Shown: positions 46,267 through 54,080 of the stretch, piece after piece | Layout of the letters: every line of letters begins with the position of its first letter | Position numbering within the stretch: the stretch's first letter is position 1 | IMG/VR virus record: IMGVR_UViG_3300033567_000021 | Length of the DNA: 64,000 nt | Reading direction: 5' to 3' (one strand) | Source: a virus | Program-made: the position numbers and the translations under genes | Notes under the pieces: generated by a model | Told to the model about the DNA's origin: nothing | The model's database searches: none | The model's input: only the letters and a program-made list of their open reading frames with translations

Positions 46267-47105
46267 TTCAATACCAACCCGACAAACTCAAAGGAGAGAG
46301 GATAAACGTTGGGTTGTTGGTTCATGATCCTGCACAAGGGAAGGTTATTTACAAAATTCTCACAGAAGAAAATTTCAAGGTGCGCTCATTTATTTCTAAT
46401 GCAACTTGTCAGAGACTTTATCGGACGCATCGAGAGTTTTCCGAATATTTGATGCTCCACTTGAATGACAATAGCCTAAATATGGTAGGCAACATTCAGG
46501 TTCCCAATCCGACCCGTGAAACGTTTCTGAAAGAATTAAGTGATGTCTTCCCAGAAACACTATTCTTAAGCGAGCCGACATTTATTACTACAGAAAATGT
46601 CGATCGGATTTTCAATGTTATCCTAGTGAAATATCTCGGTGAACAATTTACTCGTGCTGAAGACCGACCATTGAGTACAAAAGTCTATATGAAGCAGTAT
46701 TTTGAGGAACGACATTGGATTGGTACGAAAGTAAAATCCAATATAAAATTGCGACCTTTGAAAGAGGTTCCGAATATGAAATTCAAAATCGATTTCATAT
46801 TTAAAAATGGCGTTTGGAATTTAATCCAAGCGCTGCCCGCAACAGACGACAGACTTCCAGAATGGTTTTCCAAAACACATTTGATGCTAGAATCTTACCA
46901 AGAGAAATCTGATATTTACATCTTGATGAACAAGGGACATCTTCCACAAAGTACTACAGCCCATCAAATGCTCAAGTATTTAAAGAAAGATGAACGTGTT
47001 AGGGAGATTAAAATTGAAACTCCTGAATTCCGTCAATTGACATCCAAAATTGAAAGTGAAGCTAAGGATATATCAGATTTAGGTGACGAACTGGCTGTTA
47101 GCTAA
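46236..47105 (+). CDS. DUF3037-like protein with C-terminal restriction-endonuclease-like region
   Basis: YWYSVIQYQPDKLKGERINVGL; FKIDFIFKNG..NLIQ; overlaps kinase stop. Confidence 0.8.
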   Translation: MERKPYWYSVIQYQPDKLKGERINVGLLVHDPAQGKVIYKILTEENFKVRSFISNATCQRLYRTHREFSEYLMLHLNDNSLNMVGNIQVPNPTRETFLKELSDVFPETLFLSEPTFITTENVDRIFNVILVKYLGEQFTRAEDRPLSTKVYMKQYFEERHWIGTKVKSNIKLRPLKEVPNMKFKIDFIFKNGVWNLIQALPATDDRLPEWFSKTHLMLESYQEKSDIYILMNKGHLPQSTTAHQMLKYLKKDERVREIKIETPEFRQLTSKIESEAKDISDLGDELAVS

Positions 47106-47112
47106 TATAGCG

Positions 47113-47144
47113 ATACCCCCTTGTTCACGGGGGTATTTTTATTT
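47113..47144 (+). terminator. Intrinsic terminator after kinase/DUF3037 pair
   Basis: ataccccc-ttgttcac-gggggtat-TTTTATTT. Confidence 0.85.
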
Positions 47145-47160
47145 AAGCAGTCTCCACCTC

Positions 47161-47204
47161 TTTCCATTATTCATTCTCCGATCTATAATACGAACACACG
47201 TTCC
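47161..47204 (+). promoter_or_regulatory. sigmaA-type promoter with LexA (DinR/Cheo) box
   Basis: TTTCCA-17-TATAAT (47161, 47184) then CGAACACACGTTCC (47191-47204) = CGAACRNRYGTTYC. Confidence 0.8.
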
Positions 47205-47228
47205 CATTAAGTTCAGGAGGACAACCCC

Positions 47229-47864
47229 ATGCACGAACAATTCGAGCAGTATCGCCCCACTCACTTGGAGTCCGCTATCGTTGATTTCTACCGAAAAAAC
47301 GGAGTCCGCTCGCCCCAAGACATCGACCTCGATTACTTTGTCCAAGACGCTGGCATCTGGTTGCACTACGTCGCCCAGCCGACAAGTCATTACCAGTTTA
47401 AGCAAGGTCGATACACGATTGTTGTCGACCGCCGAATTACTTGGGAACGTCAGCGCACTGAACTCGCTCATGAGCTCGGACACTGCCTCCTCCACTCCGG
47501 CCGGCAGGAATTTATGAACGATGATTTCCGCGCCCTTCAGGAATGGCAGGCTGACCGTTTCGCGATGTTCGCATTGGTGCCGACGTTTATGATCGCCAAT
47601 TGCATCACACAAACTAGCTCACACGCGGAATTGGTCGACCAGCTCTCATACATCTTTGACGTCCCTGCCCCGTTCATGGATGCTCGGTTGCACATGCTCG
47701 AGCAGCGTTTTCAGGCATTGGCAGCAGAACGACAAATGTCATCTGCAATTCGCGAGGCATCCGCCGGTTACGATTACAGCTTCCGTCATCCGGTTAATCA
47801 CAAGATTGAATACCTCGTGCGTGACGGCTCAATAATTGGCCAACGCAGGCGCGCGGAACTATAG
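47229..47864 (+). CDS. immA: ImmA/IrrE-family metallopeptidase (antirepressor)
   Basis: ELAHELGHCLLH (HExxH), EWQADRFA. Confidence 0.88.
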   Translation: MHEQFEQYRPTHLESAIVDFYRKNGVRSPQDIDLDYFVQDAGIWLHYVAQPTSHYQFKQGRYTIVVDRRITWERQRTELAHELGHCLLHSGRQEFMNDDFRALQEWQADRFAMFALVPTFMIANCITQTSSHAELVDQLSYIFDVPAPFMDARLHMLEQRFQALAAERQMSSAIREASAGYDYSFRHPVNHKIEYLVRDGSIIGQRRRAEL

Positions 47865-47876
47865 GAGGTCGCTCTT

Positions 47877-48314
47877 ATGCCAGATTTCGACCACATCCCG
47901 CTCATGGGCAGCGTAGGAGCGTTGGAAGCGAACGTGATGGATTCACCACCGAATCCCCTTATGCTTCGCGTCAGTGCACACGCTTTTAGTCGTAGATACG
48001 CGGTTGTAGTGGCGGACAACGGTCTCGAGTCGTTCGGGCTTCGAATTGGTGACTATGCCATCTTCCGGGAGCAGCGTTGGCCTACGCATGAGTGTTCCGT
48101 CTGCCTTGTCCGTTTCGGAGATGAGGTCACCATTCGTATCCTCGAGTACCTCAACAATCCGGAAGTCGTGTTGCGCGTGTCGGCTGAACAGATTCCCGCC
48201 CTCGAGCTTGCTCCTACTGACTTCAGCGTCATTGGCGTGCTGGATGGAACTATCAGAGAAGAATTCGCACGAATTGTGCAGCCCATGTCTGATACGTTTG
48301 ATTGGGGATGTTGA
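47877..48314 (+). CDS. S24/LexA C-terminal-like protein, apparently non-catalytic
   Basis: DNGLESFGLRIGDYAIF...LVRFGDEVTIR...VIGVL fold pattern; GDSM Ser and catalytic Lys not evident. Confidence 0.55.
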   Translation: MPDFDHIPLMGSVGALEANVMDSPPNPLMLRVSAHAFSRRYAVVVADNGLESFGLRIGDYAIFREQRWPTHECSVCLVRFGDEVTIRILEYLNNPEVVLRVSAEQIPALELAPTDFSVIGVLDGTIREEFARIVQPMSDTFDWGC

Positions 48315-48357
48315 AGCATAGAAATCAAATGAACGAATGCTCACGAGGAGGGATAAA

Positions 48358-49917
48358 GTGGCCAAGTCTGCAGACTTCCCTACAAACTTGGATAACGTTT
48401 ATATCTACCTCCGCAAGAGCCGAGAAGATGCCGAGGCTGAGGAACGCGCGCGCAAAGAGGGCCGTGGTGACGATATCGAAACACTCGCCCGTCACCGGCG
48501 CGCCCTGATAGAACTCGCATATAAGAATCATCACAACGTAACGCAAATCCTTGAAGAGGTCGTCAGCGGTGAATACATTTCCTCACGGCCAGAAATGATG
48601 CGTCTCCTCGAGGCAGTCGAAAACGAGGAAGTGTCTGCGGTCTGGGTAATGGACCTTGACCGTCTCGGCCGGGGCGATATGGCCGACCAAGGCATGATTT
48701 TACGCGTGTTCAAGGACAGCGAAACGCTTATCCTAACTCCCGACAAAGTTTACGACCTCACCGACGAGATGGACGAAGAGTGGACGGAATTTAAAACTTT
48801 CTTCGCGCGCCGAGAGCTCAAGATGATTACGAAGCGGATGCAGCGTGGTCGCGTCGCGTCCGTTATGGAAGGTAAATTCATCGGTACCCGCCCGCCGTTT
48901 GGTTATGATGTCGGAAACGACTTAATTCTGGTACCAAACAAAGACGCGGATGCTGTGCGCAAAATCTTCGACCTGTACGTAAACGGCGGAATTGGTTCTA
49001 GTAAGATTGCGGAATATCTAAATAGCCGTGGAATAAAAACACCCACCGGTAAACTGTGGTGGGCTGAGTCTGTAATTGCAATTTTGAGAAACGAAGTATA
49101 TGCCGGCCGTATCTTGTGGAAGAAAGTGAAACACGACAAACGCAAAGGCACATTTCACCGCCGCCCAGATGAAGAGGTGATCGTCGCACAAGGCAAGCAC
49201 GTTCCTCTGATTGACGAGGACACTTGGCAACGCTCATTGAAGGTTCGGCAGGGCCGCGTCAACGCCCCAGTCCGAACAACGCAGAAAGTCGCCAGTGCGC
49301 TGACAGGTATCGTCGAATGCGGTTACTGCGGGATGTCGATGATTCGACGCCCATACACCAAACAAGCGGCTCACTTGAAGTGCATCAACCCACACTGCAC
49401 TCAAAAAAGCACGCGCCTCTCGATTGTCGAGGAACGCGTCATCCAGGCACTTGAGAAGTGGTTGATGGATTATCAACTTACCGCCGAGGAATTGGCATCT
49501 GCCATCTCTAAACAGCGAGCGAGCACTCTCGATACAGATTCGTTGCTGAGGTCCATAGACGAAGATTTGGAGCGTTTGAATGCGCAACGCGATACTTTGC
49601 ACGATTTGCTCGAGCAACGCGTGTATGACGCCGCCACGTACCTTGAGCGTAACCAGAAACTAATGTTGGAGATAAACACATTGCGCGCCCGACGTGATAT
49701 CGTAGTTGATGATGCGCGAAAGCTCGCACAGGTTGCGCAGGCAAAACGTGATGTTATTCCTCGGGTGATAAATGTCTTGGACGCGTTTCACCAAACCGAT
49801 GACCCTGCGACTCAAAACGCATTGCTTCGGACCGTAATCAACAAGGCTGTGTATCGAAAAGCTAAGTGGCAAACAGGTGACCAATTCGAGTTGACCATCT
49901 ACCCCATCATTTCTTAG
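48358..49917 (+). CDS. int: Large serine recombinase (integrase)
   Basis: YLRKS catalytic Ser, RPEM, DLDRLGR, PPFGY, CGYCG..CINPHC zinc ribbon, coiled coil; GTG 48358 with RBS GAGGAGG. Confidence 0.95.
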   Translation: MAKSADFPTNLDNVYIYLRKSREDAEAEERARKEGRGDDIETLARHRRALIELAYKNHHNVTQILEEVVSGEYISSRPEMMRLLEAVENEEVSAVWVMDLDRLGRGDMADQGMILRVFKDSETLILTPDKVYDLTDEMDEEWTEFKTFFARRELKMITKRMQRGRVASVMEGKFIGTRPPFGYDVGNDLILVPNKDADAVRKIFDLYVNGGIGSSKIAEYLNSRGIKTPTGKLWWAESVIAILRNEVYAGRILWKKVKHDKRKGTFHRRPDEEVIVAQGKHVPLIDEDTWQRSLKVRQGRVNAPVRTTQKVASALTGIVECGYCGMSMIRRPYTKQAAHLKCINPHCTQKSTRLSIVEERVIQALEKWLMDYQLTAEELASAISKQRASTLDTDSLLRSIDEDLERLNAQRDTLHDLLEQRVYDAATYLERNQKLMLEINTLRARRDIVVDDARKLAQVAQAKRDVIPRVINVLDAFHQTDDPATQNALLRTVINKAVYRKAKWQTGDQFELTIYPIIS

Positions 49918-49919
49918 CA

Positions 49920-49965
49920 CAGATAACCCTGAATGGCTATTGAAATAACGATTCAAGGTTATCTG
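49920..49965. other. Candidate attP site
   Basis: cagataaccctgaat-16nt-attcaaggttatctg (14/15 inverted match), partly symmetric core, 3 bp after integrase stop. Confidence 0.65.
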
Positions 49966-49979
49966 TAATTAAGGTGAAA

Positions 49980-52577
49980 TCACCCTGTTTGCTCCCGTTC
50001 TGCTCGTTTCCTATCCCTTTCAATCTTCTTCCGCTTCGCCTCTTCCTCCGCTTTCCGCGCAAACCACTCCACGTCCAAATCCTGATACTTTGACCTCAGT
50101 CCGTTGATACGGTCACGTGCATCTTTCCAGTGGTACCCGAATATGTGACCGCACTCTTCGCGCCGCGCGCTGCGGTCTTTAACCGCATCCGGTGGCGGTG
50201 CCATCTTTGCGAAAAATGCCGGCGACTCTTTCCCGCTTGGCAACCGCAACTTGCAGACGGCTTCCCATTTCTCGGCGAGGTTTTGGTAAACGTACTCCGC
50301 ATCATACGGCGCAAACTGTTGGTTTAGTTTGCGATAATCGTTCATGTTTTCTGACTTGTACGCGATAATCTGCGCGCCCCCAGAACTGAACGCATCCCAC
50401 ACTTCGCCGAGTTGTTCAGGACTGTGCGCAAGCATCACCGTGCGGCATCGGTATTTTCGCAATTCTACGGCCGCGTCGCTGTATAGTCGCCGTGCAGCTC
50501 CGCCACGGATAAATCGATGCGGTTCGTCAGCAATAGAGATAAACGGCTTACGTTCCGACTGGTCCTGATCAATCCGGCTATACGCGGCGAGGAATATCTT
50601 ACTCTGGACCGTCGAGCAAATTAACTCCTGCCCTTCAGGACCATATGTGTCCTTGTCACAGACAATGACAACGCAGTATCCATAGCCACCTTCCGGATTG
50701 TCCGCATAGCGTCGGAAGTTAAGTAAGACCTCGCCTGATTCGTCGCGGACGTCATCTGTCAGGAACACGTTGGCCAAGAACGGATTTCGCGAGAGCATCC
50801 GGAGGCGTTCGAGTATTGGATCCACGACGGCCCTGTCACCACCAGACTCAGCTTTGTCTTGCAGAGCAAGCAAGTCACCAACCACATCCGGGTGACACTG
50901 CACGAATGGATCCGAAAGCAGCTCCTCACGATACGACGGACTTTCAAGTGCAAGCTCAATGTGGAGCGGACGCCCCCTTGCTGCCTTCGCCGCGCTCACG
51001 AAGTATCGACGCATGCGGTCGGTTAGCTCACCAGTTGCGGACTGTTTGTTTAGAAACTCCTGCTGGTGACTTGTGAGACGCGTGGCCATTTGTAGTTCAG
51101 ATAATTCGGCATCATCACCAACACCGGACACTGTCCCGGCCACGTCCGCATAAGTTAGTGGAATGGCACGTTTCACGTCTCTGTAGTCCAGGTAGATTAG
51201 TTTCTCCTCTGGATAGTCTTCAGGCAACGCATCGGTTAGTGTTTTGGCAACTTGACCGTCAGCTGTGTCAAGCAAGAAGGCTGTGTACCCTGCCTTAATC
51301 ATGTCGAGCGCTTGCCCTGCACCAACTCCGTCTGTTTTACCGACACCCATCTTGCCGAAAACGAATGTCGGTGTGCATGTCGCATCGTCCACGTCTTTCT
51401 TGCGCACGCCGTCGTATTCCTCGAGTGGAATTCGCGCTGTTTTCGAAACGCCCTTCTCGGTGACTGTGCCAACGATTATGCTCGGAACATCTTGGAAAAG
51501 TTCACTTCCCACGGCGACCTCGACTTTTCGGACAGCGCTGACTTCGGGATACATGCGTTGCAAATCATCACCAGGCAGTTGCAGTAGCTTCCCAACCTCA
51601 TCGGTCGACATCCGCATGGATCCGCCACGAACACGAAACGGCTGTTGGTTCTCGACGGCCCCGATGAGTCCGTTCAATTGTCTTTCTGTTGCAACCGTGG
51701 CGGTCAACTCGTTGTCGCCGTCGAGGTCATGACATGCGGAACATATATTGGAGAGAATCCGTTGTCTACGACCCGAGCCCATCGACTGAACGAGTGCTCG
51801 AATGCTAACCCGTAAAACATCCGCATTGGCTTTGTGTTTCGACTCCGGTTGCAGTTCACGCAGTACGCGCAACGCGGTGACGTCTCGCTCTTCCATCCGT
51901 TTCATGCGTTTGATTTCAGTCTCTTGCTCTTTTGTCGTTGCAGTTAGTTCAAGTGCGGAATAACGGAGGAAGTTCAAAACACTACTGACAACTTCGAATC
52001 CCTTCTCAGCTGCGTTGAAGCCACCGCGAAAAACCGGTATCTTGCCCCGTTGAAGCGTTGCGTGCGCTAGGCGTGCATCGTGTTCCCGTTGCCGACGGTT
52101 CGTTGGCTCCATCAAAACATCGAACACAGCCGTGTCTCCATCTTCAAACTCTCGTATCGGTGCAAACAGCGACGGTAGCGGATTGTTATTGCGATGGTCT
52201 GTCTGGATGCTGAACACCTCATGCCGCGTGTAGTGAACCTCGGCGCCAACCGTGAACCGTTCGTCAAACGTCGGCAGCGCCGTAACTTCTGTTACCGTTG
52301 CACGTTCCCAAAGTGACTCAAGACGACGAAGGAATGCAGATTTCTGTTCGATGGGAAGGACAAGATAGAAGCTGATGTCGCCTTTTTTGTACACCATCTT
52401 CATACTGACTTGTGATTGCGGGCGAACATGAATTTTCCGTTCGTTTATGTGCCACAACTCTCCCGGTACCCGATAGAATGACGCCACCAACTTCGCCATT
52501 TCTTCAGTCCGATGATTTCGAACCGACGTGTCCGGTTGGATGTGTAGAATCACCATTTCTGAAGTTTCGTGAATCAC
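49980..52577 (-). CDS. VirB4/VirD4 (TraG/HerA-like) P-loop ATPase, 865 aa
   Basis: Walker A FVFGKMGVGKT, Walker B SIADEPHRF, ELRKYR..MLAHSPEQL; GTG 52577 overlaps upstream stop (GTGA). Confidence 0.8.
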   Translation of the reverse strand: MIHETSEMVILHIQPDTSVRNHRTEEMAKLVASFYRVPGELWHINERKIHVRPQSQVSMKMVYKKGDISFYLVLPIEQKSAFLRRLESLWERATVTEVTALPTFDERFTVGAEVHYTRHEVFSIQTDHRNNNPLPSLFAPIREFEDGDTAVFDVLMEPTNRRQREHDARLAHATLQRGKIPVFRGGFNAAEKGFEVVSSVLNFLRYSALELTATTKEQETEIKRMKRMEERDVTALRVLRELQPESKHKANADVLRVSIRALVQSMGSGRRQRILSNICSACHDLDGDNELTATVATERQLNGLIGAVENQQPFRVRGGSMRMSTDEVGKLLQLPGDDLQRMYPEVSAVRKVEVAVGSELFQDVPSIIVGTVTEKGVSKTARIPLEEYDGVRKKDVDDATCTPTFVFGKMGVGKTDGVGAGQALDMIKAGYTAFLLDTADGQVAKTLTDALPEDYPEEKLIYLDYRDVKRAIPLTYADVAGTVSGVGDDAELSELQMATRLTSHQQEFLNKQSATGELTDRMRRYFVSAAKAARGRPLHIELALESPSYREELLSDPFVQCHPDVVGDLLALQDKAESGGDRAVVDPILERLRMLSRNPFLANVFLTDDVRDESGEVLLNFRRYADNPEGGYGYCVVIVCDKDTYGPEGQELICSTVQSKIFLAAYSRIDQDQSERKPFISIADEPHRFIRGGAARRLYSDAAVELRKYRCRTVMLAHSPEQLGEVWDAFSSGGAQIIAYKSENMNDYRKLNQQFAPYDAEYVYQNLAEKWEAVCKLRLPSGKESPAFFAKMAPPPDAVKDRSARREECGHIFGYHWKDARDRINGLRSKYQDLDVEWFARKAEEEAKRKKIERDRKRAEREQTG

Positions 52578-52810
52578 AGGGCGCCAGACAGAATCGCCAC
52601 GACCGCAAAAATGGCGATGCTCCACTGCACCATCTTTTTGCCTGCGTTTAGCCCGAACATCCAAAACAAGAGACCAACCAATGCCACCGCGATGAACAAG
52701 ACGTCTGCGTGCAACGCTAAACCGGCGAGCCCTTGGAGTGCGTGAACGGGATGCATCACGTTTTCGTAGACTACGGATCCAACCTTGTTTAGGGCCGTCA
52801 ACATGTTCAT
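52574..52810 (-). CDS. Small two-TM pilin-like membrane protein
   Basis: FIAVALVGLLFWMFG and WSIAIFAVVAIL helices. Confidence 0.7.
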   Translation of the reverse strand: MNMLTALNKVGSVVYENVMHPVHALQGLAGLALHADVLFIAVALVGLLFWMFGLNAGKKMVQWSIAIFAVVAILSGAL

Positions 52811-53215
52811 CTATTGCATCGCCTCTTTCACTGAGATGAACAGCATCGGCAGGAGCATTATCAGCACGTACCCAAGAAAGCCCTTCATGATTCGGTCTTT
52901 CCAGCCAGGTCCCCCTATCTGCCACTCGTACACTCCCCAAATCGATACCGCGAGTCCGATCCAAAACGCTCCCGCCTGTAACATGTGAATGATTTTCCAG
53001 CCACCTGCGGAGCTCGCGGCCCATGCAATATGCGGTGCTGTCAGAATCGCCAACGCTGTGACTGCTGCACGCCACATCGGTTCGTCGAGTTTCTCTAGCG
53101 CCCAGTCGGTTGTCCGAAGTACCGCTGGACGCGGAGTAGGGCGCGCGACTTCATTTCTCGCTTTCGGTACCGACGTGCCCATGGCAATTTGAACACCATT
53201 TATCCGCACTATCAT
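52811..53215 (-). CDS. TrbC/VirB2-like pilin precursor candidate
   Basis: Leader ending IAWAA then two hydrophobic helices separated by WQIGGPGWKDRI; RBS GGGAGG. Confidence 0.65.
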   Translation of the reverse strand: MIVRINGVQIAMGTSVPKARNEVARPTPRPAVLRTTDWALEKLDEPMWRAAVTALAILTAPHIAWAASSAGGWKIIHMLQAGAFWIGLAVSIWGVYEWQIGGPGWKDRIMKGFLGYVLIMLLPMLFISVKEAMQ

Positions 53216-53296
53216 GTGGCTTCCTCCCCCCGCTTCATCTGCCACACATGAACCCGAACCACGAGGTACATACTCCTGTTGGGAGGTGAGGCCAAC

Positions 53297-53377
53297 GTGG
53301 GAGCACTCATAAAGTTAGGAATCGGGTTGGCGATGATCGCGTTTTCTCAAGTACCATTCGAAAAAATTTTCAGCTAA
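53297..53377 (+). CDS. 26-aa hydrophobic peptide (not in ORF track)
   Basis: RBS GGGAGGTG; MGALIKLGIGLAMIAFSQVPFEKIFS. Confidence 0.6.
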   Translation: MGALIKLGIGLAMIAFSQVPFEKIFS

Positions 53378-53390
53378 CAAGCCAAAACAG

Positions 53391-53420
53391 GCATAAATTA
53401 AACACCCGCTCGCATACGCT
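53391..53420 (+). promoter_or_regulatory. sigmaE-like sporulation promoter
   Basis: GCATAAA-15nt-CATACGCT. Confidence 0.5.
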
Positions 53421-53424
53421 TTAG

Positions 53425-53508
53425 TGAAGCGCGCAAGCGACAGCGAGCACTGCAACGAAGCGACCTTGACAAGACTGCACCCATCCATGTGGACGGGTGT
53501 TTTTATTT
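53425..53508 (+). ncRNA. Candidate small RNA
   Basis: No ORF between promoter-like motif and terminator cacccatcca-tg-tggacgggtg-TTTTT (53478-53504). Confidence 0.4.
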
Positions 53509-53682
53509 CTCCTCATCGTCCCTTCCTTGTCCTCGGACATCATCCAATCGACTTTTAACCCACGATTGCCACATGCGTTTTTCTTTCATGGATTCGACCA
53601 ACTTGTGGCGTTCCCGTTCGTCTTCAATGTTCAGGTTGAACTCAACGTAGGCGCGAACCGTTCCGTACTTAACCGTTCCCAT
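53503..53682 (-). CDS. 59-aa charged protein (not in ORF track)
   Basis: RBS AAGGGGAGG; MGTVKYGTVRAYVEFNLNIEDERERHKL... Confidence 0.65.
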   Translation of the reverse strand: MGTVKYGTVRAYVEFNLNIEDERERHKLVESMKEKRMWQSWVKSRLDDVRGQGRDDEEK

Positions 53683-53784
53683 CGCATCCTCCCCTTCATG
53701 TTCTGTGATGGTAAAGGTTACTCTGTCGAATTGTGTTATATTCTGTGTCCCATAAGATTTTTATGTCGAGGTGCAGGAAAACAG

Positions 53785-54024
53785 ATGTTTTCGGGGAAAC
53801 TGAAGCGCATGATAACTCCTGCGAAGAAGTGGCTGTTTGAACATGAAAAAAGCGTACGTTGGCTCGCCGAAGCTTGTGGTGGCGCAGATGAAACTGGCCT
53901 TGGTCAAATCGTGAACGGTAAACGCAAACCCTCGCTTATACTGGCGATGAAGATTGCTCGCGTCCTGGACACACCTGTTGAAATCCTGTTTGGTTATCTT
54001 TTGGAGGAATCATTAAATGAGTAA
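53785..54024 (+). CDS. XRE-family HTH protein
   Basis: LAEACG..ETGLGQIVNGKRKPSLILAMKIARVL; ATG 53785 with RBS GAGGTG. Confidence 0.8.
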   Translation: MFSGKLKRMITPAKKWLFEHEKSVRWLAEACGGADETGLGQIVNGKRKPSLILAMKIARVLDTPVEILFGYLLEESLNE

Positions 54025-54080
54025 GGGGAAGAGTTAGTTCCAAAATGTACAAACCATATTTTTAAGGAGGATATATTGAA

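Noticed and set aside
52578-53075. N-terminal 166 aa of the 1031-aa ORF-track call 49980-53075
   Set aside because: Overlaps two better-supported membrane-protein genes in other frames; the ATPase has a coupled GTG start at 52577.
53247-53273. sigmaG-like promoter (GTATG-18-CATGTGT, minus strand) for the pilin-ATPase operon
   Set aside because: -10 element matches only partly; too weak to report without TSS data.
53497-53784. N-terminal extension of ORF-track call 53497-54024
   Set aside because: Antisense to the 59-aa gene; the HTH domain and RBS start at 53785.
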